DNA of 64,000 nucleotides. Origin: Candidatus Bathyarchaeota archaeon. Lineage in GTDB: Archaea; Thermoproteota; Bathyarchaeia; Bathyarchaeales; Bathycorpusculaceae. Positions 47,491-55,578 of this stretch are shown here, one piece after another. Positions within the stretch are counted from its first letter, which is position 1. Each line of letters opens with the position of its first letter. Below the pieces are notes generated by a model that was given only the letters and a program-made list of their open reading frames with translations, was not told where the DNA came from and searched no databases. The DNA lies in assembly GCA_963827165.1 (NCBI GenBank), contig CAWGZR010000005.1, positions 672,001 to 736,000 of the forward strand, written 5' to 3'. A program made the position numbers and the translations under genes.

Positions 47491-47554
47491 GATTTTAGTT
47501 TTTTGTGATTTGGGTTGCTTGGGTTTTTTTGAGCTTGAAAAATCTGCAAGTCAA
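47491..47554 (-). repeat. Isolated tail of the dispersed module family (locus 4)
   Basis: Reverse complement TTGCAGATTTTTCAAGCTCAAAAAAACCCAAGCAACCCAAATCACAAAAAACTAAAATC resembles the tails at loci 1-3. Confidence 0.5.
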
Positions 47555-47640
47555 GACCCTTCCTGAGTCAACTCGACTCTTCCCGTTAGTTTAGCTCATA
47601 TACTGCCTGGTACATTCGCGGTTTTTAGGGTGATACCGTT

Positions 47641-49290
47641 TTGGACGAACCGCTTATTGTAGGTGCTGAACGCAAGGGTTTTTATGGATTGTCTTCAATA
47701 GGCGAAGTACTCATACTCGGAGACAGCAAGTTGCCACCCGATTTAGCCCTTATACACGGAAACGTTCGAACGATGGACGCAGCACAACCTTTTGCCCAAG
47801 CAGTTGCAATTAAAGAGGGCAAAATCGTTAAGGTAGGCTCCGACGAAGAGGTACAACAGCTAATCGGTGAACAAACCAAGGTCATATACCTCAACGGAAA
47901 AACCGTGCTTCCAGGTCTAGTCGACACCCACATTCATGTGGCGGACTTTGGTAGATGCTTGCTCTGGCTTGACCTGACCGAAACAGACTCCATCGCGGAC
48001 TTTCAACGGCTGATAAAAGAAAAAGTCAATGAGACCCAGGCTGGCAAATGGCTCATCGGCCGTGGATGGAACGAAAAACGCTTCAAAGAAAAACGCTTAC
48101 CCAACTTCTCAGACCTGAACGAAGCGGCGCCCGACAACCCCGTCATTATGTACCGTGAGGCGGCAATGACCTGCGCTGTAAATAGCAAAGCCCTCGCGTT
48201 GGCGGGCGTCACAGAGGAAACAGCCGTACCTGCAGGTGGAGCAGTCGAAAAAGACCCCGAAACGGGTAAGCTCACAGGCATTTTTCGGGACACCGCCACC
48301 AATCTAATATGGCAAGCAGTACCTGAACCCACAGCCGATGAACTCGTGGACGCCTCGAGATTGGCGCTTCAAAAAATCGCAGAAGCAGGAATAACCGGCA
48401 TCCACTGGATCCTGATTTCCAAGGGAGAGTTCGGGATAGTTCAGAAGCTTGAGGCCGAAGGGAAACTTCCCGTCAGAGTCAACGTCATCGTTCCTTACGA
48501 GTTCCTCAAAGAAACCGACGGGTTCAAACCAAAGGACCCATCGATGCTTTACGTCGGTGGAGTTTTCATTACAACAGATGGGTACCTAGACTCAAAAACA
48601 GCTGCCCTAACCCTACCCTACAGCGACGATCCAACCAACAGCGGCAAAATGCTCCTAACCCAACAAGAACTGGCATCTTCGACTGCTACAGTTTTGGCGT
48701 TGGGTCTGCAACCTGTCATACACGCAATGGGCGACAAGGCTATTAAAACAGCGCTCAAAGTAATCGAGGAAAGCAAGTATGCCGAGGGGGTTCGTTTTCG
48801 GATGGAGCAGGCGGCGGTTCTGAACTTGGAATTAATCAAACGCCTCAAGACCCAAAATGTAATTGTTACGGTTCAGCCCACTGTTATTGCAACTGAATTT
48901 GCAGTTTGGTCAGCTGATACGCGGCTTGGCAAGGAACGGTCTGAGATGCTTCATCCCCTAAAGACCTTGCTGATAGAGGGTGTTAAGGTTGCTGGCGGCT
49001 CAGACTGCCCAATGGAACCTCTAAGTCCCCTGCTCGGAATACAAGAGGCAGTAAGCAGAACCCGCTTCCGAGAACAACGTTTAACCTTTGAAGAAGCCCT
49101 GCAGATGTACACCACGAATGCAGCCTACTGTTCAGGCGAGGAAAACGCGAAAGGCTCAATCGAAGAGGGCAAACTTGCAGATTTAACGGTTCTTTCACAC
49201 GACCCCTTTATCTCTGCGTCGGAAAAAATTAGTAGCATCGGCATTGAAATGACCATTGTTAATGGAAAAATTGGTTTCCGCCAGCGTTAA
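47641..49290 (+). CDS. Metal-dependent amidohydrolase (Amidohydro_3/YtcJ-like)
   Basis: PGLVDTHIH, GRGW, TDG, HAMGD, GSDCP, GKLADL; true start probably near 47731. Confidence 0.88.
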   Translation: MDEPLIVGAERKGFYGLSSIGEVLILGDSKLPPDLALIHGNVRTMDAAQPFAQAVAIKEGKIVKVGSDEEVQQLIGEQTKVIYLNGKTVLPGLVDTHIHVADFGRCLLWLDLTETDSIADFQRLIKEKVNETQAGKWLIGRGWNEKRFKEKRLPNFSDLNEAAPDNPVIMYREAAMTCAVNSKALALAGVTEETAVPAGGAVEKDPETGKLTGIFRDTATNLIWQAVPEPTADELVDASRLALQKIAEAGITGIHWILISKGEFGIVQKLEAEGKLPVRVNVIVPYEFLKETDGFKPKDPSMLYVGGVFITTDGYLDSKTAALTLPYSDDPTNSGKMLLTQQELASSTATVLALGLQPVIHAMGDKAIKTALKVIEESKYAEGVRFRMEQAAVLNLELIKRLKTQNVIVTVQPTVIATEFAVWSADTRLGKERSEMLHPLKTLLIEGVKVAGGSDCPMEPLSPLLGIQEAVSRTRFREQRLTFEEALQMYTTNAAYCSGEENAKGSIEEGKLADLTVLSHDPFISASEKISSIGIEMTIVNGKIGFRQR

Positions 49291-49298
49291 ACCGCTAG

Positions 49299-49565
49299 TC
49301 AAATTTGTGCCTTGCTTTTTTCAGCCTTCATAAGTTCAGCAGTAAGCCTCCAGAGAAAGAATCCCAGTGCACTGACAAAAAACATCGCGATTGTGAAAGT
49401 GTCTGTTCTTACGTTCAGTAGATGGGAAACACGTTCTGGCAGCCATTCCGGATGAGTAAACTGTATGACTACTCCGTCTAGCCACGCTAGGAAACCGAAA
49501 AAGAACAGCATCTCCCCGACAACCTTGATGATGACAAGCGCTAATCTATTGGAAGAAGTATTCAT
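49299..49565 (-). CDS. Small two-TM membrane protein
   Basis: Two hydrophobic helices flanking a THPEWL..SHL..RTDTF loop. Confidence 0.7.
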   Translation of the reverse strand: MNTSSNRLALVIIKVVGEMLFFFGFLAWLDGVVIQFTHPEWLPERVSHLLNVRTDTFTIAMFFVSALGFFLWRLTAELMKAEKSKAQI

Positions 49566-49978
49566 GCGTAAGGTTAAACCTGGGCGAGGATTATAAAACT
49601 TGCGAGCACCCTGTTTCTTTGAGCTTTTCTGCTTATCTATTGGCTATTGTTTTGGGTTAACCAGTTTGAGTAGCCAGAGCGAATCAAGTGCGGAAAATAA
49701 CTGCTGTTTTAGACGACACTGCCAGTTATTGCCAAAAGTGTCATGGCAGACTTAACCCCGCAGAGGTTAGGGAGAATGATCATGCAACTAGTTCAAACAA
49801 GATTTTCTGTAACATCAAAATGGTTCAATGTTTCAACCGCTAAACGTTATTTTCATGCGGCATTTCAATTTCGACCATAACTTGGCCATTATTTCCACAA
49901 AATAAAACGGTTTTTTGAACCGGTAAGTTCATTGAATCCAAAAAATCAAGAACAAACATACACCCTATACCAAGGTTG

Positions 49979-51427
49979 CTACTTTATTTTAAGTAGTATT
50001 TTGGCGGTTTTCTTTGGGTGGCGCATTGCCCTTACGATTTTGGCTCTGGTAAAGGTGGGATTCGCCATGTTCGCTCTCATGCAAAGCTCTTGTAGGTCTT
50101 GGGCTGTGAACTCGGGTGTCTCAATCAGGGGTTCCGTGGCTGCTAGAGCGTAGTCGCAGAAGCCTTCTCTTAGGTAGCCACCTTGCTTGGCTTGTTCGTA
50201 GAGCGCAGTTCCGTAGATGGGCATAGCTATGCTAAATATGAGGCTGTCGGCTCCCAAGCTTCTGAGTTTGTAGGCGAATTTAATGGTTTGTTCGATGTCT
50301 GCTTTGGTTTCGCCGATTAAGCCTAAGACGAAGAAACAGCCGACTTTGATGCCGACTTTCTTGCACAGGATGACTGCCCTCTCAACAGCTTTCAAATCTA
50401 AGCTTTTCCTAATAACCTCATCCACGACTCGTTGGACGCCTGATTCTGGTGCAACGCGGATTTTTTTGCAGCCCGCCCGCTTCATTTTCCGAAGCAGAGT
50501 TTCATCAAGCGTATCTGCCCGAATTCCGTTAGGGGTAAACCAATCGATGTGTAGGCCGCGCTCTACGATTTGGTCGCAAATGTCTGCCATGCGTTTCTTG
50601 TCAAGAGTCATGTTCTCGTCGTAGAAGTCAACCTGCTTGACCCCGAAAGTCTTCACGACCTGTTCGAGTTCGTCTACGACGTTTTTTGGGCTTCTGCCAC
50701 GCCACTGTCGACCCCAAACGATAAAGTTGGTACAGAAGACGCAGCTGTAGGGGCAACCCCTGCTCGTCGTTACGATGGTCCACGGTTTGCTTATCTCGCC
50801 TCGTAGCGGGTTTTCCTTGACCGCTTCGTTATAAACTTGCATGGGCAGCAAGTGTCTAGCGGGAAAAGGCAACGAATCTAAATCAGTAATAATCGATCGC
50901 GGACTCGTGTGCGTCGGCTTCCCGTTTTGCCAGAAAGCTAATCCATTGATGTTTCTAAAATCCTTCTTGCCCGCTTCCAATGCTTCGACGAGCTCAAAAA
51001 CTGTTTTCTCTGGTTCTCCAACTACGATAAAATCAACGTCTGGATTTTCAAGACAAGCCTCTGCACGGGCGGAAGGGTGCTGACCCATTAAAACCATGAC
51101 AATTCTTTTGTTAGTTGCCTTTACAGCGTGAACAACGTCAAACGCGGTTTTCGACCAACCCGAAAAGGGAATCTCCATGATAACGACGTCTGGTTTCCAT
51201 TTCCTGATACGTTCGGCGATGGTTTGGTCGCTTAAGCCGACGCGATATTTTGTTTCATCCAGCTCGGTGATATCTCTCCAGCCTTCGGTGGGCGCGTCTA
51301 TGATGGAGGCGGCATGCTTCTGTTCCAAGACAGCGGCAACCGACGCCAGCACGATAGGTGGGAACACGTTTGGTTTTCCCCACGCTCTTGGCTGGATTCG
51401 AGGCGGATTAATCAGGCAAACTCGCAT
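49979..51427 (-). CDS. Cobalamin-binding radical SAM enzyme #4 (divergent)
   Basis: LINPP, MGQHPS, GEPE, TSRGCPYSCVFC, APESG, PIYGT. Confidence 0.9.
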   Translation of the reverse strand: MRVCLINPPRIQPRAWGKPNVFPPIVLASVAAVLEQKHAASIIDAPTEGWRDITELDETKYRVGLSDQTIAERIRKWKPDVVIMEIPFSGWSKTAFDVVHAVKATNKRIVMVLMGQHPSARAEACLENPDVDFIVVGEPEKTVFELVEALEAGKKDFRNINGLAFWQNGKPTHTSPRSIITDLDSLPFPARHLLPMQVYNEAVKENPLRGEISKPWTIVTTSRGCPYSCVFCTNFIVWGRQWRGRSPKNVVDELEQVVKTFGVKQVDFYDENMTLDKKRMADICDQIVERGLHIDWFTPNGIRADTLDETLLRKMKRAGCKKIRVAPESGVQRVVDEVIRKSLDLKAVERAVILCKKVGIKVGCFFVLGLIGETKADIEQTIKFAYKLRSLGADSLIFSIAMPIYGTALYEQAKQGGYLREGFCDYALAATEPLIETPEFTAQDLQELCMRANMANPTFTRAKIVRAMRHPKKTAKILLKIK

Positions 51428-51479
51428 GCTCGCACTTCTTAAGCCATAATACCGCGAGGGCTTTGATTAAAACTTTGCA

Positions 51480-52475
51480 CTAAATCGGCAAAAAGTATAG
51501 CCGCACACCGACGATAACGCCGACACAAATCAAACCCCATAGAACAATCGTCACATCCCGAATGCGGAGGGCACCCAAGATCTTTTCACCCGTCAACGGT
51601 TCTAGGCTGTCGCCTAGAATGTATTGTCCAGGCTTCTCCAACTGAATCCGCAGCGCGCCAGCCATCGCAGCCATCGGCCAACCGTGGTTCCTGCTAGGAG
51701 TTTTCTTATGGTCTCGGCGGGCGATTCTCCAGGCGTTTTTAGCGTCTTTGCGCAGTAGAACAGCCGATGCAATCATGAGCAGGGCAGTGAGACGTGTGGG
51801 GATGTAGTTGACGACTGTGTCGAGGTTTGCGCTGAACCAACCTGTGTTGATGTGATCTTTGTCTTTGAAGCCAACCATCCCGTCCAAAGTGTTGATTGCT
51901 CTAAAAGCGATGGCTCCTGTGACGCCAAATAGGGCGAAGGACATCATGGGTGAGAGTTTGAAATCAATGAGGTTTTCAGCCATGGATTCGATGACTGCGC
52001 TGCCCATCTGCGGTCCGTTTAGGTTTGTTGAATCCCTTCTTGAGAAGTGACTGTATTTCTTGGCTTCATCCACTTCGTCAACCTGAATTGCCTTCGCAAC
52101 GGCTTTTGCCCAGTCGGTTTCAAGCTTGATGCAGATGGTCATTTTCACAAGGATTATTGCGAGGAAGGCGTAGACAAAGATGCTGATGTATGTGTAGATT
52201 GCCCATAGCCCGAAGTAGGTTGGGATGGTGAAGGTGGCTATTACTGTGAGCCCCAAGAGGACACCCATGAATTTTTCTATTTTCGCGTTTGGATTCTTGA
52301 AGTAGGGTTCGATTTTCTTAGTGTATTTTCCCATAACGACGGTTGGATGCAGCTTGAAGTACCATTTGTCAGGGTAATTGGGCGAGGGGTCACCCACAGC
52401 CAAATCTAAGATGATTGCAAGAGCCATAATGGCTATGGCAACTAAGATGTTAAGGAGCTCTACGGGTGGCACCAA
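51480..52475 (-). CDS. cbiB: Adenosylcobinamide-phosphate synthase
   Basis: GDP, HP, ESMAENLID, RAINTLDGMVG, NYIPTRL, SRNHGWPMAAMAGAL. Confidence 0.92.
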   Translation of the reverse strand: MVPPVELLNILVAIAIMALAIILDLAVGDPSPNYPDKWYFKLHPTVVMGKYTKKIEPYFKNPNAKIEKFMGVLLGLTVIATFTIPTYFGLWAIYTYISIFVYAFLAIILVKMTICIKLETDWAKAVAKAIQVDEVDEAKKYSHFSRRDSTNLNGPQMGSAVIESMAENLIDFKLSPMMSFALFGVTGAIAFRAINTLDGMVGFKDKDHINTGWFSANLDTVVNYIPTRLTALLMIASAVLLRKDAKNAWRIARRDHKKTPSRNHGWPMAAMAGALRIQLEKPGQYILGDSLEPLTGEKILGALRIRDVTIVLWGLICVGVIVGVRLYFLPI

Positions 52476-52576
52476 CCAAGATTAGGCTAAACATTGCGGC
52501 AAAAACTAATATCAATTACGGTTAAGAAAGAAAAACACCCTTCTCGCTACACTAATCCTGCGGTTGCTCGCCGCTT

Positions 52577-53986
52577 TTATTTGCCGAGTTTAAGCTTGGT
52601 GTACGCATAAAGGTTGTATGCGACAACCATTGCTGTGTTGAGTTTGAATCTTCTTCTTTTGTCGAAGTAGTATCCTCGTCGCAGGTAGAAGTGCATGTAT
52701 GCGGCTTGCCGTAGCTTAGAGAGTTCTTTCATGCTCATGGTCGGAGTTTCGAAGATGGGGTGGCAGGTATCGTACATGTCAAAATCCGTGATGCGGAGCC
52801 AGCCTTTTTCCTTTACGTTGTCGTACATCGGAGTTCCTGGAAACGGGGTTGCTACATTGTAGAAGCCTGTGTCGTGAGGAGATATTTTTTCGATGAAACG
52901 GATGGTTTTCCAAGCGCTTTCCTTGGTTTCACCTGGGAAGCCTAAGATAACGTTGGGGATAGGTGTCATTCCTAGCTCTTCGAGCCATCCCAAAACTTTC
53001 ATGGTTAATTCAGGGGTGATTCCTTTTTTCATGGCGTCAAGGACCTGCTGGCTGCCTGATTCGACGCCGAACCAAACGGTGATGCAGCCTGCGTTCTTCA
53101 TTTTGACAAGCAACTCTTTGGTCAGCATGTCAACGCGGGTCCCGCAGTTCCACTCGATTTTCAAGCCGCGCTTGGTGATTTCGTTGCAAAGCTCCTCTGT
53201 TCGGGGTTGATCGACGGTGAAGGCGTCGTCGCAGAATGTGAATTTGCTGATTCCATAGGTTTTGTGAAGAAGCTCGATTTCGTCTACGACGTTTTTTGGG
53301 CTTCTCATGCGGTATTTGCGTCCGTGCATTCGTACTGTTGAGCAGAATTCGCACCAATAAACACAGCCTCGGCTTGTCGCGAGGTAGAGTATGTCTTCCA
53401 TTTCTCGGAAACGTTCCATGGGCCAGAGGTGACGGGCCGGAAAGGGCAGGTTATCCAAGTCTTCAATGTATGGACGGTCGGGATTCCGCACGATTTTTCC
53501 ATCTTTTCGGCAGGTTGTCCCAATCACATCGTCGAACCCTGTGCCTTTTTCAACTCTTTGTGCCAACTCCAAAAGCGTGTATTCGCCTTCGCGTCTGACA
53601 ACAACGTCCAGTTGCGGGCATTCTTCAAGCGATTTATCATCCCAGAAAGTAACGTGGGCGCCTCCAGCTACGGTTATGCAGTTGGGGCAAGCCTCCTTTG
53701 CGATCTTAACCAACTTCATCGCCGTGTTATACGTCAAAGTGGACGATGTGAACCCCACGATATCGGGTTGACGCTTAGCGATTTCGGCTCTGAAATCTTC
53801 AAACGACAACTTGAGCACCTGGCAATCGATTACATCGACTGGAAACTGGTTTTTCTCCAGTACCGCACCTAAATATCCCAGACCTAAAAGCGCAAACGGC
53901 AGATGCATTACAGCCATAGCTGGCGCCGCGGGGTTAACTAGGGTTACATGAGGCTTCATTTTCTGCGTCACTGTTTGACCCTTCAA
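52577..53986 (-). CDS. Cobalamin-binding radical SAM enzyme #5
   Basis: GGAHVTFWD, TSRGCVYWCEFC, GVESGS, TPFPGT. Confidence 0.92.
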   Translation of the reverse strand: MKGQTVTQKMKPHVTLVNPAAPAMAVMHLPFALLGLGYLGAVLEKNQFPVDVIDCQVLKLSFEDFRAEIAKRQPDIVGFTSSTLTYNTAMKLVKIAKEACPNCITVAGGAHVTFWDDKSLEECPQLDVVVRREGEYTLLELAQRVEKGTGFDDVIGTTCRKDGKIVRNPDRPYIEDLDNLPFPARHLWPMERFREMEDILYLATSRGCVYWCEFCSTVRMHGRKYRMRSPKNVVDEIELLHKTYGISKFTFCDDAFTVDQPRTEELCNEITKRGLKIEWNCGTRVDMLTKELLVKMKNAGCITVWFGVESGSQQVLDAMKKGITPELTMKVLGWLEELGMTPIPNVILGFPGETKESAWKTIRFIEKISPHDTGFYNVATPFPGTPMYDNVKEKGWLRITDFDMYDTCHPIFETPTMSMKELSKLRQAAYMHFYLRRGYYFDKRRRFKLNTAMVVAYNLYAYTKLKLGK

Positions 53987-54060
53987 AAAGATCTGTTTGA
54001 TGCTTAAACATTTCGCATTTTCGGGGCAAAAAGTGGTGAAGGAAATTTTTGACGGATTTC

Positions 54061-55083
54061 TTATTTGTCAGGCCAATATTTCGGTTTCATGTATTGGCTT
54101 TCAATCAATGAGGGAAACAGGTTTAGGGGCCATGCGGGCGGAACGGGCGTCAAATATACTTCCACTGTTTCTACGCCGGCGATCCTTAGGATTTTGCCGT
54201 AAACCTCAAACAGCTTCTCAAAATCTTCCAAAGGAATCGCACAGTACAAATCGTATGTGCCCATCTGTCTGATAATGACTATTACATTTGGGATCTGAAG
54301 CAGATGCGAATATATTTCCGGCATTTTGCTTCGGTTAGAAACTTTCACGAAAACGCTGCCGAGCGCTTTGTAACCGAGCCTGCTCAAATTGATCGTTACA
54401 GTTGAGCGCGTTAACAAGTTTCCTCTTAGCTTCTTGTAGCGTTGGATGACGGTTTTGCTTGAAATATTCAACTGTGACGCGATGCTTTTGAAGGATGTGC
54501 GGGAGTTTTCAGTTAGAATCAACGCGATTTTCTTATCCGTTTCATCAAACTCACATTGAGGCTGAGCATGATTAATCGGAGTGGACTCTTGCATGATTTT
54601 TTGAGGCGTCTCTCGATCCAGCGGTTTGATAATTAGGTTTTGGGGGTACTCGACGTTCACGGCTTCTGCCCAAATAAAAACGTCAACGTGTTGGACGTTG
54701 GCGTTTGACTCCAGATCCTGAATTATGTCATGCAGTTTGTTTAGGTCACGCAGGGCGACTTTTCCCCAAAAACTGTAGTGCCCCAGGGGCCCTATTAACT
54801 CCCCTATGTATGGTTTGCTTTCAAGAAACGCTTTGACCTCTTTTTCGTTTTCAAGTGAAGTCATCATTCCCAAATCTGCGATGTGAGGGTAACCAAGGCA
54901 GTGGGGGTTAACCAGCATTTTTTCGCCATTTATTACGCCGTCCCGCCATAGGCGTTTGTAACGCATTCGAACAGCTGTCACGGTAATTTTGCATTCCTCC
55001 GCAATGTCGGTAAAGCTTGTTCGTGACTCCAAAAGTAGGATTTTCAGAATTTTTGCATCAATTTCATCTATTCTTGCCGCCAA
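54061..55083 (-). CDS. Tandem two-domain Lrp/AsnC-family regulator
   Basis: Two HTH-plus-RAM units (IDEIDAKIL..SRTSFTDIA and FDETDKKIA..SRTSFKSIA). Confidence 0.88.
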   Translation of the reverse strand: MAARIDEIDAKILKILLLESRTSFTDIAEECKITVTAVRMRYKRLWRDGVINGEKMLVNPHCLGYPHIADLGMMTSLENEKEVKAFLESKPYIGELIGPLGHYSFWGKVALRDLNKLHDIIQDLESNANVQHVDVFIWAEAVNVEYPQNLIIKPLDRETPQKIMQESTPINHAQPQCEFDETDKKIALILTENSRTSFKSIASQLNISSKTVIQRYKKLRGNLLTRSTVTINLSRLGYKALGSVFVKVSNRSKMPEIYSHLLQIPNVIVIIRQMGTYDLYCAIPLEDFEKLFEVYGKILRIAGVETVEVYLTPVPPAWPLNLFPSLIESQYMKPKYWPDK

Positions 55084-55156
55084 TTCGCCGTACCTTTAAG
55101 ATGTTGAAATCGTTAGAGCCAAACACCTTGGCGTTTTATTTAAGATTTCTCGTTAC

Positions 55157-55300
55157 AAAGTTACATACATGTGAATTTTGGCTCCGCAAACCCTCTTCAG
55201 AGCAAAAAAAGCCAGTTTCAAATCTAATGCTGAACAAAAAATCTTATACCCGCTAAATTTCGTAACTCCATAAAGTTACATAGGGCTTGCTTGGCTCCCA
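55157..55300. promoter_or_regulatory. Duplicated motif AAAGTTACATA-N8/10-TTGGCTCC with palindrome GTAACT-N6-AGTTAC; candidate Lrp operator
   Basis: Copies at 55157-55185 and 55272-55298; palindrome at 55262-55279. Confidence 0.4.
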
Positions 55301-55578
55301 AACAATACATAAACGCTTACCTTCACCGGCAATTCGGCTAAAACATTCACAAAAACGCTGACTGCAGATTCCAAAATTCAAGTTCTGCTTAAAATCAATT
55401 GGCTCAAATAAAAGTCTTTGACATTCCGGGTCAGTTTTTTAGTGTATACTTTGAATCTTAAATATTTAAAAAAACAACTTTCTCGCGGCAAAAGAAGCGC
55501 CAATTTGTATGCTCAGCAATAAACTTATAAGTAAATTTATCCGTAGATATAACTACCAATTTTAAGGAGAAAGAAAAA

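Noticed and set aside
54061-55083. AhbA/AhbB (NirDL) siroheme decarboxylase
   Set aside because: Same fold, but I do not see the HxYxR-type motif, and divergent placement from a surface-protein gene fits a regulator.
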